A stretch of 64,000 nt of DNA from the human T2T-CHM13v2.0 reference genome, Homo sapiens. The position numbers were made by a program, and so were the translations under genes. Under the pieces are notes generated by a model. It saw only the letters and a program-made list of their open reading frames with translations, was not told the DNA's origin and did not search any database. Below, piece by piece: positions 1-12,300 of this stretch (position 1 is the stretch's first letter; each line of letters begins with the position of its first letter). The DNA is taken from assembly GCF_009914755.1 (NCBI RefSeq), contig NC_060944.1; one strand, 5' to 3'.

Positions 1-664
1 AACCATGGCCTGTCTTTTCTTTGCAAAACAATTCCAAATTTATCCTCTCTTCTTTCATTTAAGAAAATTAACTCCTGCGTTAAATTGTTCAGTCTAATTT
101 CAATTGTTCAAATTGCTCAATCTTTGGTTCCCTCATAGCACCATCGTTTCACAAGGATCTTGGATGGAAGCCACTCTGGGTTTTAACTTCATAGTCTTTA
201 TGTCATCATAATGCCCACGGTGCAGAGTGCAGGGTGCCTTAGCCCTGCCAATAAAGCCAGGACTGTTTAACACTCACTCCTTCCTAAACTGGGAGAGAGC
301 GAATCTGGTTCAAAAGTGCACCAGAAATATAGAGCAATTGAGATGCTTAAAGATATGAAGCCCAAGAAATATTCCATTAAAAATGGCACAGTCTAAGGCA
401 GCTCAAGCTCAAAATAAATGAAAGGTTCAGGCTGGGATAACCCCACCAACATATTCAAGAAGGGAGCTATTTCTGGATTGACCACATCTGACCTCCAGCT
501 TCATTTCTTGCTGCTGTGGGGACTAGATAGGCAACAGGAGGAGAAAAGGAGAGGATTTTTTGGTTTTTAGGCCCAAGCCTCTGGCCCACACTGATCCCAA
601 AGAGGGTCTCCTCAGTTGCTGCTGCCTTTCTGTCCTCTTCCAACTTATTTCCCCAAACGCAGGC

Positions 665-883
665 CAGCGCTGTTCAATAGAACTTCGTGCCATGATAGAA
701 AGATTCCATAACTGCTTGTGCAAAATGATAGCCACCTGCCTCGTGTGGCTACTGAGCACTTGAAATCTAGCTGCTGCAACTAAGGACGTATTTTTTTAAA
801 CTTTATTTAACAGCAGTTAAAGTTTAAAAATTAAAATGGAAATAGCCATGCACAGCTAATGACTGTTGTAATGGATGATGCTG
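665..883 (+). mobile_element. MER3-like hAT-Charlie DNA transposon
   Basis: Starts CAGCGCTGTTCAATAGAAC; contains GTGGCTACTGAGCACTTGAAAT and an AT-rich core, matching MER3 as I recall it. Confidence 0.8.
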
Positions 884-1294
884 TTCTAGATGATTAATGA
901 TCCTGGCTTGCTGTCATTCTCTCCAATATTGCATCTATCTTCATTCTTAATAGTTTCAGTGTGTGCACACATGATTCTTTGTAGAACCTGGCCTCTCAGT
1001 TATTGAACCCTGATTCTTCACCCATCCTATCCTCCACTCACTTTTATCATTGATTTGAGATGTCATTAGCAATAACTACAGCTCTGCTACTATCTTACTT
1101 TTAAGGACTTCCCTTTCTGACCATATTTCTAGTTTACTTTCTCTAGAATTCTAAGGCCAGCAATCCTGCAAGCCTACTAGGATATTCATCCCATTGATCC
1201 TACCACATTTCACCTTGTTGGTCCTGAATATTTTTATATTATTTTAATACAAAAAAATTAAAGCTTTGTTCTGGGATGTAGGTAAGGGGACAGA

Positions 1295-1429
1295 GGCTGG
1301 GTGCTGTGATGAGAGCCTGTAGTCCCAGCTGCTTGTAAGGCCGAGACAGGTGGATTGCTTAAGCCCAGGAGTTCAAATCCAGCCTAAGCAACAAAGTGAG
1401 ACCCTGTCTTAAAAAAAAAAATAAGAAAA
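1295..1429 (+). mobile_element. FLAM (free left Alu monomer)
   Basis: GGCTGGGTG..CCTGTAGTCCCAGC..GCCCAGGAGTTC..GAGACCCTGTCT plus A tail; monomer length. Confidence 0.85.
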
Positions 1430-1975
1430 CAATTTTTGATCTTTTAGGATCTTGCTTTTAAGTTTTGCTCAATAAGGCCAGAGTAGCCCGATTTTGCCCC
1501 TCTGTTGAGATAATAACCTTCTGAGTACTCTACTGATGCCTGTGTGTTAGGAGGCTTTGCAGAAGAGCAGTGGTAAAACACTCGCTGTTTTACCTGCATG
1601 AGTGCTGCAGGCTGTCCCCTCCTCTCCTTTCTGATGGTTCTTCTTCAGCCTTGCCCACTTGCCTCACACTCAAGTATGCTCTGCTGAAGACCTATAGAGG
1701 ACTCTGGGCCCTCTGTGGCCGTCTGTGGATCTCTGCAGCCCTCTCCGGCCCTCTGCAGCTCCACGAGGCCCTCTGTGGCCCTCTGCAGTCCTCTGTAACC
1801 CTCTGTGACTCTCTGTGGCCCTCTGTGTCTCTCTGTGGCCCTCTAGCTCTCTGTGCCTCTTTCAGTCTTCTAGAGTTCTCTATCTATGCAGTGGACCTCT
1901 CTGGGATTCTACCGCTGTAGCCTCCCCAGATTCCCAGCTCCATCTTCTAAACTCAGGGAGATCACTGGGTCCTGT
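1430..1975 (-). mobile_element. Old L1M 5'-region fragment
   Basis: Resembles L1MC/ME 5' sequence (CTGCTGAAGAC..CCCTCTGCAG..AACTCAGGGAGA). Confidence 0.5.
1702..1850. repeat. 10-bp minisatellite, about 14-15 units, consensus CTCTGTGGCC
   Basis: Units in register every 10 bp from 1711 to 1841. Confidence 0.9.
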
Positions 1976-1985
1976 ACATATGTGT

Positions 1986-1986
1986 A

Positions 1987-2028
<42 letters not shown>
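1986..2028. repeat. (CA)n(GA)n compound microsatellite
   Basis: Directly visible. Confidence 0.95.
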
Positions 2029-2400
2029 ACCAGTTATTTAGTTCTTTAAGATGGGAGGGTAGCTCTGATTCCTGTTACTCCATCTTTGTTGGAAGCAGAA
2101 ATCCTCCTTTCTACTATTCCTCACCCCCACTTTCCCAGCTCCAATCTCGTGGTCAGTCACTATCAACACCACCTTGCTCCTCTCTCCTCCTAGCTTGGCA
2201 ACCCACAACCCTGGTGAAATCAAATCTGCCTACTCCTTGCCTACTTTGGTGCAGCTGAACATGCCTGCAGGGAAGCACACACCACGGCCGCATGTCTGGC
2301 TTCAACTTCATGGCTGTGAAAACCTGAGGCCCTTCATGCTGCCTGGCAGTGCCGTTGCATGTCCCTCCTCTCTCATGTTCTCTAAATGGCCATGTCACAC

Positions 2401-2465
2401 CTTCTCTTCTCTTCTCTTCTCTTCTCTTCTCTTCTCTTCTCTTCTCTTCTCTTCTCTTCTCTTCT
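2401..2465. repeat. (CTTCT)13 microsatellite
   Basis: Perfect pentamer run. Confidence 0.97.
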
Positions 2466-5407
2466 CAATTCCCCATATCTCTTACCCCATTCTCTCTCTC
2501 AGCTTCTACCTTTACTGGAAAAATTTAAGTAACCAGATAAGTTCCAAAGACAGTCACTGCCACCTTTACTCATCCACCTTTCTTTGCACCTTCACTTCTG
2601 CCTTCTTGCCTCTTTCGCAAAGTAACACCACCTTTCTCTCTAGTGCACGAGGTCTCAGCTTTGTTAGGGATTCTACCCTCTCTCTCCTACGTTGCCAGCT
2701 GTTGGCTTTGTATTGGATCATTCCCATCACTCAACAAGCTTATATAATTTCTCTCATCTGAAGATCACTCTCATGACCCTTCTTCCTCCAGCTTATGTAC
2801 ATTTCTTTGCTTTCCATTTGAGACAAAACTCTGAAAGATGTCACTTGCTGTCATTAATTCATTGCTTCCCACTTTCTTTTGATTCCACTCTCATCAGACT
2901 AGAATCCTTGAACTCAACTAACTGCTCTTGTCAAGATCACCTTGACCTCCATGTTGCTGAAGCCAAAGGTCCATTCTCAGTCCTCATCCGATTTGACCCT
3001 TCAGCAGCATTGGAAAAGATTTATTGAGTGCTTCCAACTCCTTGAAACATTTTCTGCATTTGGCTTCTAGGACACCACACACTGCTTTGTTTTCTCTGTC
3101 ACCTTTGCCAGTTTCTCCTTTGTCCATGACCTTGTAATGTCAGCTCTTTGTCTTCTTTTTAAAGACACTCCCCTTTGATGACCCCATTTTGTCTCATAGC
3201 TTTAAATACCATTGGTATGCTATAACTTCCATGTTTATATTTTTAACCTAAATCTTTTCCTAAATTCCAGATTTATATACCCAACTGCCTACTCAACCTT
3301 TCCACTTGGATGCCTAAGCACATCTCAAGGTGATCATAGCTAACACAGAACTCTTGGGTTTTAGCCTGAGCCTGTTCCACTGCCACCTTTCCATGCCAGT
3401 TAATAGAAACTCCACCATCCCAACAGCCCAGGGAACATCTTGGTGGCATTCTCAACCTCACTTTTTCACTTATCTCTACATCAAACCTGTTATAAAACCC
3501 ATTGGCTCTATCTTCAGAATACTGAGAACCTGACCAATTCTCACTATCTTTTCTGCTACTACCCTGGTCTAAATACCATCATCTAATTTTTGTTTTCTTG
3601 TTTCTGTCCCTGTTTCCTTGTAATCTATTCCCAGCATGGCAGCCAGGTTTAAGTAATCCTTAGAATACTTGAGTAACCTGATATCAGTGCTGTGCTAATA
3701 ACCTTCAGGGCCTCCGTTTTATTCAGAATAAAAGTTTTATTCTGAATAAAACTCCTTGCCGTGGCCTGGAAGTCCCACAGATGTGGGTCCTGCTGCTTCC
3801 TGACATCAGCTCCTGGGATATTTCCTTTTGCTCATTTTGTTGCAGCCACGCTGGCCACTGTAATCTCTGAAATGTGAACACTCTTCCTCCATATGTCAGT
3901 TTGACTCACTCCTGCACTTCCTCCGAGTCTTTCCCAAATGCCACCTTTCCAATGAGGCCTCCCTGAGCACTTCGTTTAATTCTGTAACTGCCCCACCCTC
4001 TCTGCTCTGACTCAATTCTGCTGTACTCTTTACCATTTCCTAGATAATTTACTCACTTATTACTCTGTTTTACCTGTTTCCAACTGCTAGGATGCAACCA
4101 AGTTCAAGGAGGGCCAGCATTGTTTTGTTCATTGATGTTTTCAAGTACCCAGAACAGTGTCAGCACATGTGAATCTTTAATAAATATCTGTTAAATAGAA
4201 ATTGACTTTCACAATTCTCTTGTCTAAGTTTGTGTGCTTTTTTCATCTGTCATGGAATTTCCTGCTGTTCATTTTAATCTGATCTGACCTGGATAAAAAT
4301 ATCAAAGTGAGGAGGCAGAGAATGCTGTTTCAATAGCTTTGGACCATGAACCTATTTTACCTTAAAAATTTTATGCCAAAGAGGCTGGGTTTAAGACCAG
4401 GCAGGACAATGTGCTCCTTCTTTGGACAAAGATGTCACAAGTGCCCCCGTCCATTGTGATGACAAGAGTCTCTGCTGTCCTCCTGCAGTGGTGGTAACTG
4501 TGCACTGATTTTTCACCTGCTGTCTTCCCTTCAGGCCATGGAGTGAGAGCGGGCAGCCTCTTTCCCAGTTAGGGCTCTGAGACAGAGTCGTGCCAATTGA
4601 GCATACAATCTGATGACCTCTGTGCTTCCAATTAAGTTCAGTCTCCCAACTCTCTGCTCAGCTTCACTTGATGGTTAATGGAAATGAGTTGTGTTTCTAG
4701 ATCTGAGCCACACACTTGGTGTTTCCACTGTCATTTGCTGAGTGCAAGTGCAGTATCAAATGGCTCCCCTCTGTGCCTCACAGGTGAGACCTAGGAATCC
4801 AAAGCTTTCACCTCCTCTGCTCCACCCCATTATCCGTGGATGCAACTATTGCACGTGGGCCTGCCCTGTGAGGCTGTGGGCGACATTGCAACAAGATTCT
4901 CTGCTGCCAGTTTGTAGCCCCTAAACCCAGTGCATCCCTGACATCCAGCACCAGTGAGGAACATTGCAGAATGAACTGGTGGTGGCCAATTCAGCAGCCA
5001 CAGCATCTTCAGTGGTTTAATGTAAATATACACAATTATGAAAACAATGCCCTGCAATTGTGCTCAAAGTCTTTGCCACAACAACTCCTCTCCTCTTCTC
5101 CTTGCCGTAATTCTCTCTTCCTATCTTATGACTTAGGAGGTTCAATCTATTCTCCCCTTGCCAGAGGAATTCAGAACGCTGTCAAACTTAAATAGCTATG
5201 TAATGTATCTATGGGCAGGTTGGCTGTGGGAGGCTTGGAAGTCAATGGTATTTTAAATATTCTCTCTCTGTGTTCAAGACTGGACCTCAATGTGTCTGGA
5301 CAAGTAGAGAGAAAGAAATGGCAGTAAGACCTGCCCTGTCTCTGTTCAGTGTGCAGTGGGAAAGTCCAACTCTTCACTCATGCAGGCATCCTCTGATAGG
5401 CACAGTA

Positions 5408-5480
5408 GTGTTTGTGTGCATGTGTGTCATGCATGTGCATGTACATGCATGTGTGTGCACATGTGTGCGCATGTGTGTGC
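5408..5480. repeat. TG/CA-rich alternating purine-pyrimidine tract
   Basis: TGTGTGCATGTGTGTCATGCATGTGCATGTACATGC.. Confidence 0.85.
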
Positions 5481-6439
5481 TGAGCTACCTGTAAAGAGTA
5501 AAGCAGTAATTACTCCCGATGAGCTGGACAGAAGCCTCCCTCTTTACTGGAGAGAACGACTTGAAACTGAGTGTGGCAGGGTTGGGGGAGAGAGTGCTGG
5601 CACCAGCAGCTGCTTTAATAATGCCACTCACCTTTGCTGATTAATATGCTTGTCAAAATAAAAGGCAAATGGAAATGACCCCACAGCACAGAGAGTGGGA
5701 TGGGATTGGCCGAGCCATCTGGCCCCAGATTAATTGCTAGCACTTTCATCTCCTCTCCTGGGCTCCAGATACAATGGGATGATAATGGAAAAGAAATGCA
5801 CCCAGATCTGTCTATCTTGCTCCTTGTATTCATAGCTGGGCCCAGAGCCAGTCATGCTTTGCTGGCATTTAGTTCCCCAGGGGGTTGAAAGAACTCAGGC
5901 ATCTTTCCCAGAAAAACACTCTCCAAAGGCCTCAACAGTTTGCAGCAGAGCTCTACTGTAGCTCTACTCAGCTTCATCAATAAGGGCACCATAGGGCAAA
6001 GCAAAACAGCTTCCCACCTGAAAACAAGAGCACCCTATCAGAGGAACTCTAAGAGGTCTGTTTGCTTTACCCAGAAATGAATGCAGCTGAGTTAGGAGGC
6101 CCAGGAAGGGAAGAGCTTGTCCACAGCAGGGATAATGGAGAGGCACTCCTGATAGCAGACTGGAAAGAGTTGGACACTTTGGTCTGCACAAATGGATCTT
6201 GAGTTACACTGGAATTGTAGATGATATAGACAATGAAAATGGTTATTCCCACAGCCCAGAATAATGGCACTAGGAATCATCCCAGGAAGCTTCAAAGGAG
6301 CTCTGTACTTATAGTTCAAAAAACAGCTTGCATTTTGGGGAAGAAACAGTGAAATGCTATGTTTTCACCAAAAATGCTTTATTTTCCCCCTAGATATACA
6401 GAAAGAGGATATTTCCATGTCCCTTTTGGTTGAGGGTAG

Positions 6440-7180
6440 GGAATCTGACTTTGTTCTGGTAATAGGATGTGGGTGCAGTGAGGTAGCTTGATCCTGAAGC
6501 CTCCCATGGGGTCTCTGTGTTCTCTCTATTCCATCTCTGCTTCTCTTGTGGAGGTCCTAAAGGAAGGTGGAGCAACAAGAGAGAAGGATCCTGGGTCCCT
6601 TAGTGACTCTGTGGAGCACAGCCACTCCCACCCCTACCCCCAGCTACTCCTCTGAGCCAAAGTCAGGGCAAACAAGGAATAACCTCCCTAGTGTGCTAAG
6701 CCTCCGTAACAAAGTACCGCAGGCTGGGTGCCTTAAGACAAGAGAAAGGTATTGTCTCACATTCCCGGAGCTTGCCCTGGGCCATGTTCACTATCAAGGC
6801 TCCAGGGAAGGATCCTTCCTTCCTCTTTCTTGTCTCTGTGGTTGCTGGGAATCGTTGGCACCCCTTGGCCCATAGAGGCTCCACCCCAGTCACAGCCTCT
6901 GTCCACACGTGATGCTGTCCTTCTGTGTCTGCATGTGTCCACATTTTCCTTTCTTATAAGGACACCAGACATGGCTCAGGGCCCACCTTAAGCCAGCATG
7001 ACTCCTTCCTAAGTTGATTATATCTTCAAGGACCCTGTTTCCAAATAAAGTCACATTCACAGGTACCAGGAATTAAGAGCATATCTTTTCTTTTTGGGAA
7101 CACAGTTCAGCCTGTAACAGTGTCTATAATTTGGAGCTCATTTGTTACAGCAGCTGGTGTTACTTGCTCTGACTAATGTA
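6440..7180 (+). mobile_element. MLT1J/K-like MaLR LTR, split by a nested MLT1B/C
   Basis: GAAGGATCCTGGGTCCCT motif near 6585; 3' end TTTGTTACAGCAGC..GACTAATGTA at 7140-7180. Confidence 0.6.
6690..7119 (-). mobile_element. MLT1B/C MaLR LTR
   Basis: GTAACAAAGTACC..CTTATAAGGACACCAG..TTTCCAAATAAAGTCACATTC..ACACAGTTCAGCCTGTAACA. Confidence 0.8.
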
Positions 7181-7189
7181 TGTCTGGCA

Positions 7190-7485
7190 TTGGTCCCAAC
7201 TTGGGCATAACTTTCTCCAGGAAGCCCTACCTTCCTGACTTCAAACCTAGATGGGGTGCTGCTTCACAGTGGGTTCTCCACATTGCCCTAAACTCCCTCT
7301 ATCACAGCATTCACCATGCTGTGCCATCATGTCCTGCTCACATGGACAAGTGGACTCTTGTCTCTTCTCTGCTACACTGTTCATGCCAAAGGCAAGAATC
7401 TGCCTTTCCTGCTCCTTGTTGAATATCCTGGACCTGGCATGCAGTACATTTCTTAATCAATAGCTCTCACATGAATCAGTGGATG
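7190..7485 (+). mobile_element. L2 3' fragment
   Basis: TTCTCCAGGAAGCC..CCTGGCATGCAGTAC..AATCAATAG. Confidence 0.55.
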
Positions 7486-8071
7486 CTGTGAGAAAGACTG
7501 CCTGATGTGGCATAAGCAGCATCAGGTCGACTTTCTGCCTTCAAGAATCTTGCAGTCATTTATGGCCTCCTTGTTGCCAACTCCCCTGGCTTATTCTCCT
7601 CCTCATGCCCCTTGTCTTCTCTGCTTTATTCATAACTGTGGACACTCTGGAACGTGTACACATATTAATGTCATTTAAGAGTCTGGCTCCTAGAGGTTGT
7701 TATCTCAGCTCTCTGCCGCTCACCCCAGCATCAATCCCACCTTGAAACCTGCTTGTTCTCATTACTTTGGGACTCCTTGACTCTCCCCTTAAACATCACA
7801 CCTCTAACAGAAGGATTTTCACTTACTCCATGCATAGAAGGTGTTGGTCACATTGAGTGGAATTCCTTCTAAATCCAGCTCCCAGTCCGTGACCTGCATG
7901 GCAGTGGCCCCTCACACTGAGAGAGTGAGTCTCCCCTTGAAACTTAGTTGCTTCTTTCCTCTATTTCTCAGAAGTATCACATCTCAGACTGTTAAAGCTG
8001 TTCTCGTGGAACCATTGTAGCCCTCAGGGATGGCCGGGTCCTGATGATCACTTTGTCCACAAGCACTGATG

Positions 8072-9355
8072 TTTTTTAACTTAAAAAAATTGACTTTGTT
8101 TTTGTGTATTCATTTATATTTTTTAGAGACAGGGTCTCACCCTGTCACCCATGTTGGAGTGCTGTGGTGTGATCATAGTTCACTGCAGCCTTGAACTCCT
8201 AGGCTTAATTGATCCTCAGCCTCCCAAGCAGCTGGGACTACAGGTATACACCATCATTCCTAGCTAATTAAAAAAATTTTTTTGTAGTGACAGAGTCTCA
8301 CTATGTTGCTTAAGCTGTTCTCAGACTTCTGGCCTTAAGTGAGCCCCCTGCCTCAGCATCTCGAAGTGCTGGGATTACAGGCGTGGGCCACTGTGCCTGG
8401 CCAGACTTTATTTCCTGAGCAGCTTTGGGCTCACAGCAAAATTTAGCTAAAAATACAGTTTCCATCTATCCCCTGGCCTCGCACATGCAAGCCTCCCCCA
8501 CTGTCAACATTGCCACAACTGAATGGCTCATTGTCGCAATCAATGAATCTACACTGACACCTCATTATCACTCAAAGTCCATAATTTACATTAGGGCTCA
8601 CTCTTAGGGCTATACATTTTGTGGGTTTTGACAAACAGGTAATGGTGTCTATCAACTATTATAGTATCTTACAAAATAGTCTCACTGCCCTAAAAATTCT
8701 CCATACTCCACCATTCATCCCTCCTCCCCCAACCCACAGGAAAGCACTTTTTACTTTTTTTACTGACTCCATAGTCTTGTCTTTTCCAAAATGTCAAATA
8801 GTGGGACTCATACAATGTGTAGCCTTTTTAGATTGGATTTTTAAAATTTAGTAGTATGTATTTAAGGTTCCTCCATGTCTTGTCATGGCTGAATAACTCA
8901 TCTTCAGCATTGAAGAATATTCCATTGTCTAGCTGTATCACAGTTATTCACCCATTCACCTACTGAAGGACATCTTGGTTGCTTCCAAGTTTTGGCAATT
9001 ATAAAGAAACCTGCTATAAACATTTATATGCAGGTTTTAGTGTTGACAAAAGTTTTCAACTCACTTGGGTAAATATCAATGAACACATTTGTTAAATTGT
9101 ATGGTAAGAGTATGTTTAGTTTGGTAAGAAACAGTGAAACTCTCTTCCCAGACAGCTTTACCATTTTGCATTCCTACCAGCAATGAATGAGCTCCTGTTG
9201 CTCCACATCCTTGTAAGCATTTGGTGTTGTCAGTGTTTTGGATTTTGGAAATTTTAATAGGTGTGTGGTGGTATCTCATTTTAATTTGCATTTCTTTTAA
9301 AACATATGATGTCACACATATTTTCATATGCTTTACTTGTCATCCATATATCTTT
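8072..9355 (-). mobile_element. L1MC1-like 3' end
   Basis: CATTATCACTCAAAGTCCATAATTTACATTAGGGCTCACTCTT; ORF 9076-9327(-) resembles the ORF2 C-terminus (MRYHHTP). Confidence 0.8.
8110..8402 (-). mobile_element. AluJ
   Basis: GAGACAGGGTCTCAC..CACTGCAGCCTTGAACTCC..CCTGGCC; degenerate TSD GACTTT(G/A)TTT. Confidence 0.9.
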
Positions 9356-9359
9356 TTTT

Positions 9360-12300
9360 GTCAGTGTTTGTTATTTTTTGTCTTATTGAAAATAGCCATA
9401 CCAACTGGGGTCAGGGTGAGATGATACTCATTGTGGTTTGAATTGCATTTCCCTGTTGATTAGTGATATTCAGCATTTTTCATATATTTGCTGGCTATTT
9501 GTATGTCTTCTTTTGAGAATGTCTGTTTTTAGATATATGTATATATATATATATTTTGCTGTTGAAATGTTTGAGTTTCTTGCATATTAATCCCCTTTGG
9601 GATGAATAGTTTGCAAATATGTTTTCCCGTTCTGCAGGCTGTTGTTTTACTCAGCTAATGGCTTCCTTTGCTGTGCAGAAGCTCTTTAGTTTGATGTAAT
9701 CCCATTTGTTTATTTTTGCTTTTGTTACCTGTGCTTTTGAGGTCTTATTCATAAAATATTTTCCCAGACCAAAGTAATGAAGCATTTTCCCTGTTTTCTT
9801 CTAGTAATTTTATAGTTTCAGGTCTTACAATTAGGTCTGGGATCCATTTTAAGTTTATTTTTGTAGAGTGAGAGTTTTATTCATCTGCATATGAATATTC
9901 AGTTTTCTAAAGACCACTTATTGAAGAGACAGTCCTCTCCCTCAGTGAGCGACCTAGGCAACTCTGTTAAAAATCAGTTGGCTATAGATATGTGAATTAA
10001 CTTCTGGGTCCACTGTACTGTACAATTGGTATTTGTGTCTGTTTTTATGCCAGTACCACACTGTTTTGGTTACTATAGCTTTGTGGTATATCTTGTAGTC
10101 TGGTAAAGTAATTGCCTCCAGTTTTGTTCTTTCTGCTCAAGATTGCTTTGGGTATTTAGAGTCTTTTATGTAGTTTAGATTTTTTTTCTATTTTTGTCGT
10201 TTTGTCAAAAATATCTTAACTATTTTGATACTTTATTTTCTTTTTTTGTTGTGTCATTTTCTGGTTTTGGTCTCAGGGTTATGCTGGCTTTGTAAAATGA
10301 GTTAGGAAGAACTCACTCCTCTTCAGTTTTTTTGAATAGTTTGAGAAGAATTGGTATGCATTTTTCTTTAAAGATTTGATGGAATTCAGCAGTGGAGTCA
10401 TCTGGTCCTAGACTTAACTTTATTGGGAGACTTTTTATTACCTATTTAATATTTTCACGCAATATTGGTCTATTCAGGTTTTCTATTTCTTCTTGGTTCA
10501 ATTTTGATAGGATGTATGTGTCCAGAAACTTATCCTTTTCCTCTAAGTTTTTGAATGTATTGGCATATAGTTGTTTATAGTAGTTTTTAAGGCTCCTTTT
10601 TATTTCTGTGCTATCCTTTATGATGTATCCTTTTCCATTTTTGATTTCATGTACTTGAGTATGTTCCCTTTTTTTTCTTAGTCTAGCTAATGGTTTGCCA
10701 ATTTTATCATTTCAGAAAAATCTATTTTTTGTTTCATTTATCTTTTGCATTTTTTTTGTTTTAATTTCATTTATTTTTGCTTTTTTTTTTTTTTTTTTTT
10801 GACAGAGCTTCACTCTGTCACAGGCTGGAGTACAGTTGTACTATCATAGTTCACTGCAGTCTTGAACTTAGGCTCAAAACATCCTCCCACCCCAGCCTCC
10901 CAAGTAGCTAAGACTAGAGGCATGAATCACCACTCCTGGCTAATTTTATTTTAAATTTTTTGTAGATACATGGTCTCACTATGTTGACAAGGCTGACATT
11001 GAACTCCTGACCCCAAATGATCCTCCCTTCCTGGCCTCCCAAAATGCTGGGATTACTGACATGAGCCACCATGCCTGGCCTTGATCTTTATTATTTCTCT
11101 CCTATGAATTTGGCATTTGGTTTGTTCTTGCTTTTCTGATTTCATGAGGCGCATCATGAGGCTGTTTATGTGAAATCTTTCTAATTTTTTGATGTAGGCA
11201 TTTATTGCTATAAACTTGCCTCTTAATACTGCTTTTGCCATGACCTATAGGTTTTGCTATGTTGTGTTTCTATTTTCGTTTGTTTCAAGGAATTTTTAAC
11301 TATCATTATTGATTTCTTCCTTCACCCATTGGCCTTTTAGGAGAATGCTGTTTAATTTCCATATATTTACATTATTTTGAATATTCTTGCTATTGATGTC
11401 TAGTTTTATTTTATTTCATTGTAGTCAATAAGGTACTTGATATAATTTTGATTTATAAATTTTTTTTCAAACTTGTTTTGTATTCTAACATGTGGTCAAT
11501 CCTAAAGAATTTTCCATGCACTGATGAAAAGAATGTGTATTCTCCAGCTGTTGGGTGAAATGTTCTATAAATATCTGTTAGGTCCACTTGGTCTATAGTG
11601 CAGTTTAAATCCAATGTTGTTGTTGTTGTTTTAATTGTCATTGTTAATTTACTGTCTAGAAGGTCTGCACAATGCTGAGATTGGGGTGTTCAAGTCCCCA
11701 ACAATTATGGTAGCTTCTCCTTTAGATCTAATAATATTTGCTTTATATATCTGGGTATTATTAGGTGCATATTAGGTGCATATATATTTATATATATATT
11801 TATAATTGTTATAGTCTCTGGCTGAATTGATCCCTTTGTTATTACATAATGTCTTTCTTTGTCTTTTTTGACAGCTTGTGACTTGAAGTCTATTTTTGAT
11901 ACAAGCATAGCTACTCCTTGCTTTTGGTTTTGTCCAAAAAACCAAAAGGGATATATTTCTTAGATACATTTTTATCCCTTTACTTTCAGGCTACATGTAC
12001 CTTTACAGATAAGATGAGTTTCTTGTAGGTAGCATATAGTTGGGTCTTGGTTTTTTATTCATTCAGTTAGTCTACATCTTTTATATGGGTGAATTTATCC
12101 TGTTCACATTCAAGGTTATTATTGATAAGTGAGGACTTACTCCTGTCATTTTATTGATTGTTTTCTGCTTGTTTTGTATATCCTTTGTTCCTTACTTTCA
12201 CTCTTATTGTTTATTTTTGTAGTTGGGTGGTTCTCCATAGTGATAAGGTTTGATTTCCTTCTCTTCCTTCTTTGTGTATCAGCTCTACCAGTGAGTTTTA

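Larger units (their letters stand above)
890..4198 (+). mobile_element. L2a LINE remnant, interrupted by younger elements and microsatellites
   Basis: ORF 2692-3027 ends ..DLHVAEAKGPFSVLIRFDPSAALEKI, a decayed L2 RT motif (SVLILLDLSAAFD); 3' end TAAATATCTGTTAAATAGA near 4190. Confidence 0.8.

Noticed and set aside
2174-2761. 195-aa ORF with SSLLF repeats
   Set aside because: Produced by (CTTCT)n within decayed L2
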